DNA from: a virus
Direction: 5' to 3' (one strand)
DNA: 64,000 nt
Virus record (IMG/VR): IMGVR_UViG_2791355197_000001
Location: 23,154-87,153 of that record
Of this stretch, positions 27,266 through 34,961 are shown in pieces. The position numbers were made by a program, and so were the translations under genes. Numbering within the stretch: the stretch's first letter is position 1; the number at the start of each line of letters is the position of its first letter. The notes under the pieces are model-generated. The model had not been told where the DNA came from. It did no database searches and saw only the letters and a list, made by a program, of their open reading frames with translations.

Positions 27266-27625
27266 ATGAAACGCCAGCAAGCTCCGACGTTCAATCAACT
27301 TTGCGATGCATTGCAGTCGCGTCCTTCGCCGCGCTCGCAAGCCGAATGGCGCGAGGCCTCAACAGCCATGCGCCTGGCCCGGCGCCATCCCGGCCGCGTC
27401 GGCCGAACGATCTATATCGAATGCGGGACATTTGCGCGCCGCATTTACCTTGAGGCCACTTGGGGCGGGGTGAATTGCTACAACGGCCCGCACCCATTCG
27501 GCTACGTCAACATGATCGCTCACCACCGGTTCGTGCTCCGGCAGGGACTGCGGGAAGGCCGCGTTGCGGAAGCCCGACACTTTGCTGAGGCCTCGCGCCT
27601 CCGCGGGCCGGTGCCGCTGCCATGA
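27266..27625 (+). CDS. Hypothetical protein (119 aa)
   Basis: MKRQQAPTFNQL...; co-oriented and tightly packed. Confidence 0.55.
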   Translation: MKRQQAPTFNQLCDALQSRPSPRSQAEWREASTAMRLARRHPGRVGRTIYIECGTFARRIYLEATWGGVNCYNGPHPFGYVNMIAHHRFVLRQGLREGRVAEARHFAEASRLRGPVPLP

Positions 27626-27729
27626 CGCGAAAGCCTCAACCCCGCAAACAGCGCTGCCCCTACTGCAGGCAGTTGCGGCCGTTCTACATGATCGCCGCAC
27701 ACATCACCCAATGCGAGGCGCTTAGGTAG
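27622..27729 (+). CDS. 35 aa C2HC zinc-finger-like peptide
   Basis: MTRKPQPRKQRCPYCRQLRPFYMIAAHITQCEALR, ATGA-coupled. Confidence 0.5.
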   Translation: MTRKPQPRKQRCPYCRQLRPFYMIAAHITQCEALR

Positions 27730-27832
27730 CGTCCCGGCTACGACCGATTTCCACGGTGGATGACGTTCCCCCCCGGCGTCGGCCGATTCCAAATCCGCGC
27801 AATAGTGCGCAACTGAATAGGAGGTTTCCGAG

Positions 27833-29251
27833 ATGACTGACAGCAACACCAAGCGCGCATTTTCGCCTACCGGTAGCGAAATCGTCGCCACCGCCGACAT
27901 GATCCCCGGCAACGCGATGTGCTTTTTCTATGGCCGCAACGCCGATGGCACGCTCGAAATGGACCATTCGAGCGAGGGCACTCGCATGTGCTGGGATGGC
28001 GCCATCACCAAGACCGACGAGCGCGGCCAAACCCTATTCATCGCCCAGGACGGCACCGAGTGGCCCGAAGATTCGATCCACCTGGAAGGCGAGGAGCCGC
28101 GCCAGATGCCGGCCGCGCCGGATTCCCCGGTTGCGCCTCTTCTCTCCGCTCGCGAGCATGCAACCGTTTTGGCCGCTCTACGCCACTGGCAGCGCCATCA
28201 AGCTGATAGCGTCGGCGTGAGCCGCAACGTGATCCCGGAGGACGATATCGCCACTATCGGCGGCACCGTGGCGCCTATGCGCGCCGCTGAGGTCGATGCC
28301 CTTTGCATGCGGCTCAACTCCCCGGTTGCGCCTTCGCCCGATTGGCGCGAGATCGCGCGCGACCTGGCTGGCGCGCTCGACGCCTGCAGCCATCAGATTG
28401 GCCAGATGTCCGGCATGTTCGATGACGAGGACGGAACGATCGCGGCCGCCGTCTCGGACGCTGATGACGCGACGGAGTCCTATCGCAAGGCCATCGCTGG
28501 CGCACGGCCTTCGCGCTCGCCTGCGCTCGGAACGGTTTGGACCTGCACCACCGACGGCGACGAGTGCGCGCTCACCACAACCATTCACGCCACGGAAGCG
28601 GAGGCGCTGGAGCGTGTTCGCGACGACTTGCGGATGGATTGCAAGCCAAACCAATTGAAGCACCTTGGGGCGCTGCCCGCGGTTGATTTGCCGGAAGCGT
28701 GGACCGAAGCCAACGACGGCGCGTGCATCATCGAAAGCCACAAATTGCCGTGCCTCCCCGCTGCGCCCTCGCCCCTTGCCGTCGTGGTTGAACAGGGCCT
28801 TGTCGCGCGCGTCATGTCCGACAATCCCGAGCTGATCGGTGCGCCGGTGCTGCTGATCGATCATGACACCGAAGGCGCCGACGCCGACGATGTTTTCCAG
28901 ATCGCCGCGAATGACGGCAGGGCCGTGTCAATCGTCGGCCACATCTTCAACGTCGAGGCATCGGACGTGCACTTGCCAGCTGTCATGGCAACCATGCTGG
29001 AGCGCGGCCGCGACTTGCGGCAGCCACCTGGCGGATTTCCGGGTCAGGATGATCGGGCGCGCGCCGAAGGCTGGTGTCTGATTGAGGACGCTGGCGGGCT
29101 GCTGCGCATCGAGGCTGACAGCGACTCCGACATTTTCAGCCCGGGCGGCGTCAGCCACGACGACGAGGCCGAGGCCTTCGTCAAGGCGAAAGCGGCCGAA
29201 GGCAGCGAGTATCACATCGCGGCGCTTGCCCGGGTCGGCACCGCGCAATAG
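27833..29251 (+). CDS. Mosaic multi-domain hypothetical protein (472 aa)
   Basis: After motif A copy 7 and GGAGG; several short acidic modules separated by SPVAP/PAAPSP linkers. Confidence 0.75.
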   Translation: MTDSNTKRAFSPTGSEIVATADMIPGNAMCFFYGRNADGTLEMDHSSEGTRMCWDGAITKTDERGQTLFIAQDGTEWPEDSIHLEGEEPRQMPAAPDSPVAPLLSAREHATVLAALRHWQRHQADSVGVSRNVIPEDDIATIGGTVAPMRAAEVDALCMRLNSPVAPSPDWREIARDLAGALDACSHQIGQMSGMFDDEDGTIAAAVSDADDATESYRKAIAGARPSRSPALGTVWTCTTDGDECALTTTIHATEAEALERVRDDLRMDCKPNQLKHLGALPAVDLPEAWTEANDGACIIESHKLPCLPAAPSPLAVVVEQGLVARVMSDNPELIGAPVLLIDHDTEGADADDVFQIAANDGRAVSIVGHIFNVEASDVHLPAVMATMLERGRDLRQPPGGFPGQDDRARAEGWCLIEDAGGLLRIEADSDSDIFSPGGVSHDDEAEAFVKAKAAEGSEYHIAALARVGTAQ

Positions 29252-29339
29252 CCCCGGCTACGATCGATTTCCCTCACCCCCGAGCTACGACCGATTTCGC
29301 AAGGCGCAATCGTGCGCAACTGAAAAGGAGCAAGATCAC

Positions 29340-31496
29340 ATGAACCATACCGCCACCTATTCGCCCGATGACAACAAATTGCGCCTCTATCCCGCGCACC
29401 GCCTCGACGCCGAGGAGTACGCGCGCGTAAAGGCCGCCGGCTTCAAGTGGGCGCCGCGTCAAGAACTGTTCGTCAAGCCGACCTGGTCGCCGGAAGCCGA
29501 GGACCTGCTGATTGATCTCGCTGGCGAGATCGGCGACGAGGATACGAGCCTGGTGGATCGCGCCGAGCAGCGCGCCGACCGTTTCGAGGACTACAGCGAC
29601 AAGCGCCTCGCCGACGCCGAGCGCGCGCGGAAGACGGTCGATGAGATCGCAGAGCGCTTCTACATGGGTCAGCCGATCCTTGTGGGCCACCATTCGGAGA
29701 GGAGCGCGCGCAAAGACAAAGAGCGCATGGACAACGGCATGCGCAAAGCTCTCAAGCTCTGGGATACCTCGAACTATTGGACCGCGCGCGCGGCCGGCGC
29801 GATCGCTCACGCGAAATACAAAGAACTGCCGGCCGTCCGGCATCGCCGCATCAAGACCATCGAATCCGACAAGCGAAAGCTGGAAAAGTCGACGGCCGAG
29901 AATGAGCGTCAGCTCAAAGCTTGGCGGATTGTCGCCAGCATCACCGACGCCGAGAAGCAGCGCTCAACCGGTCTCACCGTGGCGAACGTCGGCGGCTATT
30001 GGTCAATGTCTTTCCCCCTGGCCGACTATCCGCGCGATCCGCCGGCCTCGCAGTACGAGGGCCCCATGGGCCTTTGGTCGGCTATCGATGGGAACGTCAT
30101 CACGGCCGCCACGGCAGCCGAGCTTGCGATTGCTGGCCTGGAACGCTCAGCCCCGCGCAAAGCCCGCTGGATTGCTCATTACGACAACCGCCTGGCCTAT
30201 GAACGCGCGATGCTGGCCGAGCAGATCGGAACGGAGGCGAGCGCCAACCCGCTGGCCGACCGCTTCGCTTTCGCTGTCGGCGGCCAAGTGCATGCTGGCC
30301 GATACGACGAATGGCTGACCGTGACGAAGGTCAACCGCGGCGCCAACGGTTCGGTTTCAAGCATCACCACCACCACGCCGGCCGGCTCGCGCAACAAGCT
30401 GGCGCGTTGGCGAGTCGAGAGCGTCCGCGACTATCAGGCGCCGAGCGAGGAGACCGTCGCCGCGGCGAAGGCGGCAAGCAAGCTCCCGCCGCTCTGCAAC
30501 TATCCCGGCGATGACTTCGCCCGCCTGACTCAGGATGAATACGACAAGGTTCCGAAGGACTATCGAGGTTATCGACCGCGTGCCGCTACCGAGACGGTCG
30601 GCGCGCACCGTACCCGCGTAGCCATCGGGGCCTATGCGTTCCGCGGCACCTGCGACCCCAACAAGCGACATTCCTACGCCGGGGTTTTCATCACGGATGC
30701 AAAGCGCGTCGACCCGCCCAAGGTCGTGCCAGCCCCCGAGCCGCAGGAGCCGGCCGAATTCGTCGCCGAGTATGTCGCGCCACCCGCTGTTGACCTTGAC
30801 GCGACGCTGGGAACAATCGCCGAGATCATGGCGGAGCCGTCGCCGGTTGAGTCCGTGCCGGAAGTCGTCCCGGTTGCGCCCGCGGAATCGCTGCGCCATC
30901 TCCCGGATACGGCCGATTTGCCGGCGCCGACAGCCGCGGACACGTTCGAGGCAATGCGGGCGATGCTCAGGGGTGGCGGCGTGCAGGTCGTCGTAGCCCC
31001 GCAACTCTTCGCGACCCCGCCCACCTTGGCGACCGATGTGATCGAGGCGGCAGACATTCAGCCCGGCCACCTGGTGCTGGAGCCGAACGCCGGCACGGGG
31101 GCCCTCGTCTATCCTGCACTGGAGCGCGGCGCGAGCGTTACCGCTGTTGAGATAAACGACGTCCTGGCGCGGACGCTCGGGCTCGATCGTCGGATATACC
31201 TGACGGTGCGACTCGATTTCCTCACTCTCGAACCGTCCGACGAGTGGATGTTTGACCGCGTCGTGATGAATCCCCCGTTCGAGCGCGGAGCAGACATCAA
31301 GCATATCGAGCACGCGCGGCGGTTTCTGAGACCTGGCGGCCGGCTGGTCGCGATCTGCGCCGACGGCCCGCGCCAACGGGCGAAGCTCGAACCGATCGCA
31401 GCGGAGTACCGCGCCTTGCCCGCCGGGTCCTTCAAGGCCGCCGGCACGATGGTCAACACGGCGTTGGTCGTCATCGACGGGCCGCCGCCTGGATAG
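29340..31496 (+). CDS. DUF3560-domain protein fused to an N6-adenine-type SAM methyltransferase
   Basis: N-terminal TATYSPDDNKLRLY, GQPILVGHHSER; C-terminal VLEPNAGTGAL (motif I) and VVMNPPF (motif IV). Confidence 0.88.
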   Translation: MNHTATYSPDDNKLRLYPAHRLDAEEYARVKAAGFKWAPRQELFVKPTWSPEAEDLLIDLAGEIGDEDTSLVDRAEQRADRFEDYSDKRLADAERARKTVDEIAERFYMGQPILVGHHSERSARKDKERMDNGMRKALKLWDTSNYWTARAAGAIAHAKYKELPAVRHRRIKTIESDKRKLEKSTAENERQLKAWRIVASITDAEKQRSTGLTVANVGGYWSMSFPLADYPRDPPASQYEGPMGLWSAIDGNVITAATAAELAIAGLERSAPRKARWIAHYDNRLAYERAMLAEQIGTEASANPLADRFAFAVGGQVHAGRYDEWLTVTKVNRGANGSVSSITTTTPAGSRNKLARWRVESVRDYQAPSEETVAAAKAASKLPPLCNYPGDDFARLTQDEYDKVPKDYRGYRPRAATETVGAHRTRVAIGAYAFRGTCDPNKRHSYAGVFITDAKRVDPPKVVPAPEPQEPAEFVAEYVAPPAVDLDATLGTIAEIMAEPSPVESVPEVVPVAPAESLRHLPDTADLPAPTAADTFEAMRAMLRGGGVQVVVAPQLFATPPTLATDVIEAADIQPGHLVLEPNAGTGALVYPALERGASVTAVEINDVLARTLGLDRRIYLTVRLDFLTLEPSDEWMFDRVVMNPPFERGADIKHIEHARRFLRPGGRLVAICADGPRQRAKLEPIAAEYRALPAGSFKAAGTMVNTALVVIDGPPPG

Positions 31497-31570
31497 CCCC
31501 CCGGCTGCGCCCTCTCGCTTACGACCGATTTCCCACCCCCCGGCTGCGACCGATTTGAGAGGAGACCCCC

Positions 31571-31810
31571 ATGACCGACTTCATCATCTGCAGAAACTGC
31601 GGCACCGAGGAGCACGCGCACCTGATCGACGCTAAGCCGGAGATCGGCGCCGATGAAAACAGCGACTTCACCCGCATGGAATGCATTGCCTGTTATGGGC
31701 CCGGCTGGCGACCGGCTGCATCAACGTCCGATTTCAAACTCTCGGTGGCGCCGCACTTAGCGCCGTACTACGCGGCCTATGCTGGGCGGATGGGCTGGAC
31801 ACCGCAGTAG
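31571..31810 (+). CDS. Small Cys-containing (zinc-ribbon-like) protein
   Basis: CRNC...CIAC; GAGAGGAG RBS after motif B. Confidence 0.65.
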   Translation: MTDFIICRNCGTEEHAHLIDAKPEIGADENSDFTRMECIACYGPGWRPAASTSDFKLSVAPHLAPYYAAYAGRMGWTPQ

Positions 31811-31885
31811 CCCGGCTGCGCCCCTGCGTACGACCGTTTTCCCGTCATCCCCTCGGCTACGGCCGATTCTGAAAGGAGAATTACC

Positions 31886-32257
31886 ATGCTCATCACCGTC
31901 AAGGCCGGCGCAAAAGTCGATGGTCACACGTTCAGCAAGGACTCGAACCAAAACTTCGGGCGAGAGAAAGCCGAAGGGCTTATCAAAGATGGCCGCGCGC
32001 AGCCCGTGGCGTTCGATGCTGAGGGTAACTGCCGGATCAATACCAGGTTTGATGCTTGGCTCAACGAGCACGGCGCCCTGGCTATCGGTTCCGGTGGCGA
32101 CGCCTTTCTGCATCTCTCATCAGAATTCCCGCTCGCGTACTTGCCCGAGGCCTTGCAAGCCTATCAAGCGGGGCATCACCACGGCATGGGTGACGGCCGC
32201 ATCAAGCTGCAGTCAGAGATGCGGGACCTGCTCTGCGTGGAGCCCGCTCGCACATGA
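31886..32257 (+). CDS. Hypothetical protein (123 aa)
   Basis: AAAGGAGA RBS after motif B. Confidence 0.7.
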   Translation: MLITVKAGAKVDGHTFSKDSNQNFGREKAEGLIKDGRAQPVAFDAEGNCRINTRFDAWLNEHGALAIGSGGDAFLHLSSEFPLAYLPEALQAYQAGHHHGMGDGRIKLQSEMRDLLCVEPART

Positions 32258-32529
32258 ACGCCGAGCAGATCATAGCTGCTGCCGGCCTCAAGATCGCGAC
32301 ACGCGCCGAGTTCGACGCCGAGTCCGACGTCCCCGCCGGGGTTCGCCTGTTGGCCGCGCGCATCTTCAAGCGTTGGGGCGGCGACTTCGTGGTGTACGAC
32401 CCGGCCGGCGGCGATGACGGCTGGCTGCTGATCGATGATGATCGCGACCAGATCATAGGCGAGACGGTCGAGCACCTCGGACGGCTCGAGCCTGAGCCGC
32501 CGGCGCCAGCGCAAGGCTCACTGTTCTGA
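32254..32529 (+). CDS. Acidic hypothetical protein (91 aa)
   Basis: ATGA-coupled; ends QGSLF. Confidence 0.65.
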   Translation: MNAEQIIAAAGLKIATRAEFDAESDVPAGVRLLAARIFKRWGGDFVVYDPAGGDDGWLLIDDDRDQIIGETVEHLGRLEPEPPAPAQGSLF

Positions 32530-32569
32530 TCCCCCGGATACGATCGATTTTGAACAATAGGAGAACGAT

Positions 32570-33136
32570 ATGACGCAATCCGACTACAAGCACGGCACCT
32601 GCGCATGGTGTGGCAACCAAGAAGAGGTTTTCCGCGACAACATGCTGTGCGACACCTGCGACAGCGATACGGTCTATTGCACTGTCTGCCGATCGCGCCA
32701 GCACCATGAATCGAAATGCCGCCACGTTTTCCAAAGCCACGGATGCGGCGAATGGCGCGGCGCCGGCTTCGATCCAATCGACAACGAGATGAAGGCACCT
32801 TTCCACCGCCTGTTGTCGGCCATGGGCGAAGACTTCGCGGTCGATCTGAAAACTGCGATCCGGTCAGGACGGTTCTTCACCTGGACAATAGCGCCGATGA
32901 TCGGCGGTGGCGGAATGCTGGAGCTCAACGGCATGCCGCAGCGCGACGGTCGTTCGATGCTATTCGAGTGGGGCGATGCCTTGATCAAGCTCGGCGAAGG
33001 ACGGCGCGCGGAGGAACTGCACGACGGCTATCGATGGATCGTGAGCCTATACAAGCGCAACACCACGAAGGCCAACCGGACCACCCTCGCCTGGATCGAT
33101 CAATGGTTGTGGCCTTTTGCCGGGGCCGCGTCATGA
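32570..33136 (+). CDS. Hypothetical protein with N-terminal Cys pairs
   Basis: CAWC, CDTC, CTVC, CRH; AGGAGA RBS after motif B. Confidence 0.7.
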   Translation: MTQSDYKHGTCAWCGNQEEVFRDNMLCDTCDSDTVYCTVCRSRQHHESKCRHVFQSHGCGEWRGAGFDPIDNEMKAPFHRLLSAMGEDFAVDLKTAIRSGRFFTWTIAPMIGGGGMLELNGMPQRDGRSMLFEWGDALIKLGEGRRAEELHDGYRWIVSLYKRNTTKANRTTLAWIDQWLWPFAGAAS

Positions 33137-33507
33137 GCCGAAGAGTCCGACGCGTTCCCGCAGACTGGCAGCACCCCCGCAACTCCGGCGGCCGCTATGT
33201 GCCGCTGGCTGAAGCCATTCCGGATGCGCCTGCGCCATACCCTGCGGCCAGCTATATGCCGGCTTGGCCAGCAGCGGAACGGACGCACTGGCAGTTGTAC
33301 GAGACCACCAGCGCCGGGACGCCGCTATCACCGCCCTGCCCGTCGCCCGAGGCCTTGGCCAAATGGCTGGCCGGCCACCATGTGGAGGCCGCACCGGGCT
33401 TCACGGGAACGGAGGCGCAATGGCTGGCCGCGATCAAGCGCGGCGGCGTCATCCCGCCGGTGATGACCGTCGGCAAGCGCCAGGTCAATCCGCTCGACTA
33501 CACCTGA
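33133..33507 (+). CDS. Conserved phage hypothetical protein
   Basis: RRVRRVPADWQHP...WQLYETTSAGTPLSP...PEALAKWL, a pattern I recognise from phage early proteins. Confidence 0.65.
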   Translation: MSRRVRRVPADWQHPRNSGGRYVPLAEAIPDAPAPYPAASYMPAWPAAERTHWQLYETTSAGTPLSPPCPSPEALAKWLAGHHVEAAPGFTGTEAQWLAAIKRGGVIPPVMTVGKRQVNPLDYT

Positions 33508-33601
33508 TCGGCCGGGACTCCCGGCTACGATCGATTTTGTGCTACCCCCTCGGCTACGGCCGATTCCGGGCGATTGTGCCCAACCGGAAAGGAACTCTCA
33601 G

Positions 33602-33925
33602 ATGTCCCCACCCCGATTTGTTCACCGCAAGATCTCGGCCGAGGACTTCAAGTCCGAACTGGCCAAACAAGGCATGTCAGTGCCGGCGTTCGCAAGGGTC
33701 TGGTGCCAGAACCTGTCGACGGTCACGAAATGGGCGAATGGCGGGAATGACATTCCGACCTGGGTGCCGATCGCGCTGACCATGATGACGCTACCGAACG
33801 CCCACGGGACCGCGCGCATGGCGGCCGCAGCGATGATCCAGCAGGACCGGCTGCATCCCGAACTCGGTGAATTCCCCTACCAGAAGCTGCGGCAGATGCC
33901 TGCGGACGACGAGATCGAGGAATAG
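33602..33925 (+). CDS. Cro/XRE-like HTH protein, last gene of the array
   Basis: ISAEDFKSELAKQGMSVPAFARVWCQNLSTVTKWANG; after motif A copy 9. Confidence 0.75.
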   Translation: MSPPRFVHRKISAEDFKSELAKQGMSVPAFARVWCQNLSTVTKWANGGNDIPTWVPIALTMMTLPNAHGTARMAAAAMIQQDRLHPELGEFPYQKLRQMPADDEIEE

Positions 33926-33932
33926 CCCCCGG

Positions 33933-34139
33933 CTACGATCGATTTTGCGGACCCCGCTTGCGCCTTGCTGCCTTGGCTGTCCGCTTTTTTGCCGGCGATC
34001 GCTTCACCGCTGGAGCCGCTGCCGGGGTCTTCGCTGCGTCCTCGGCATCGAGCTTGCGTTTCAGCGCTTGCATCTCCTCGTACCGGGCTTCCCGCTGCTG
34101 ACGCAGCCGGTCGGCGCGCGGTGATTGTTCGCGCCCCAT
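33933..34139 (-). CDS. Basic hypothetical protein (68 aa)
   Basis: Coupled to the 34139-34414 gene; Lys/Arg/Ala-rich. Confidence 0.5.
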   Translation of the reverse strand: MGREQSPRADRLRQQREARYEEMQALKRKLDAEDAAKTPAAAPAVKRSPAKKRTAKAARRKRGPQNRS

Positions 34140-34414
34140 TAGCCGGCCTCCGCCTCATCAACCGGCACCTCGCCGACCTCGAGCATGACCGGCGGATGGG
34201 TCCGCGAGATGACCCTAAGATGCACAGGGGCGCCGGCGTTCAGCCGAGCCAACTCCTCTGCCGTCGGCTTCCATGCTGACGTTAGGGACGGCATAGAATT
34301 GTTGATGACCTCGGCGCGGATCGGCAGCGCAAAGCACGTCCCGTCTCGCTCCTCGTCCCAATTCGGCGGGGCGCCCAATGTCATGTTGGCGCCGTCGATC
34401 TTCGCAATGTCCAT
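34139..34414 (-). CDS. Conserved phage hypothetical protein
   Basis: LGAPPNWDEERDGTCFALPIR...WKPTAEELARLNAG. Confidence 0.7.
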   Translation of the reverse strand: MDIAKIDGANMTLGAPPNWDEERDGTCFALPIRAEVINNSMPSLTSAWKPTAEELARLNAGAPVHLRVISRTHPPVMLEVGEVPVDEAEAG

Positions 34415-34423
34415 TGTACCCTC

Positions 34424-34768
34424 CTACGATCTCATGCGGTTTGCTCGAGCCTGGATGCCGGCCCGGGTGTTGTGCGAGTTGCAGGCGCAGCGGCCATTAC
34501 TGAGATCCAGCGCCAATTCTGGCCGATCGCGCACATCCTGAATGTGATCGGCGTACATCTGGTCTCCCTTCTCACGGCTGCGCTCGCAACGGTGGCCGTT
34601 CTCGACGTATTCGCAGCGCCAACCTGCTCGCTTCTTGACCTGCAACGCCCACTGCTGATGCTCAGCAGTCTGATAGTGAGGATCCGCGCGCTTCGGCGGA
34701 GGCTTGACCTTCCTGGTGTCCAACGTCGGGACGCGTGGGCTGAGAGATGGGATGCGCGACCGCCTCAT
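34424..34768 (-). CDS. HNH endonuclease (HK97 gp74-like packaging cofactor)
   Basis: WRCE...C...ADHIQD...NGRCACNSHN. Confidence 0.85.
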   Translation of the reverse strand: MRRSRIPSLSPRVPTLDTRKVKPPPKRADPHYQTAEHQQWALQVKKRAGWRCEYVENGHRCERSREKGDQMYADHIQDVRDRPELALDLSNGRCACNSHNTRAGIQARANRMRS

Positions 34769-34950
34769 TTTTTATCTCCTCGTCGCGGACCGAACATTTT
34801 CCGGCCCATCGCACGCACCATCTCCCGCTGGTCCCAGGTCATGGTGTCGTTGTCGACGTCGAGCAGCAGGAGACCGTATTCCCGCCAAACCCGCTGCTTG
34901 GTCTCCAGCGGTGTTTCCCGCGTGTTGGGAGCGAACCGTCCGAGCGACAT
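34765..34950 (-). CDS. Small hypothetical protein
   Basis: 61 aa coupled to the HNH gene. Confidence 0.55.
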   Translation of the reverse strand: MSLGRFAPNTRETPLETKQRVWREYGLLLLDVDNDTMTWDQREMVRAMGRKMFGPRRGDKK

Positions 34951-34961
34951 CGATCAGCCCC

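Larger units (their letters stand above)
24381..33585 (+). repeat. Motif A: GCGC(A/G)AT(T/C/A)GTGCGCAACT hairpin before Shine-Dalgarno sites, 9 dispersed copies
   Basis: Copies start at 24381, 24607, 24768, 25740, 26249, 26655, 27797, 29304 and 33568 (variant GGGCGATTGTGCCCAACC); each is followed by an A-rich AGG/GGA element and an ATG. Confidence 0.95.
27733..33945 (+). repeat. Motif B: CC(C/T)CGGCT(A/G)CG(A/G)(T/C)CGATT-type repeat, about 11 copies after stop codons
   Basis: Copies at 27733, 27772, 29253, 29280, 31539, 31851, 32533, 33520, 33548 and 33928, plus partial copies near 31517 and 31828. Confidence 0.9.

Noticed and set aside
24381-33945. CRISPR array interpretation of motifs A/B
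   Set aside because: Spacing is irregular (about 160 to over 4000 nt), the intervals hold whole genes, and no cas genes are present.
24381-33945. Classical integron attC cassettes
   Set aside because: The repeats lack the RYYYAAC...GTTRRRY ends and long imperfect stems, and no IntI-type recombinase is in the window.
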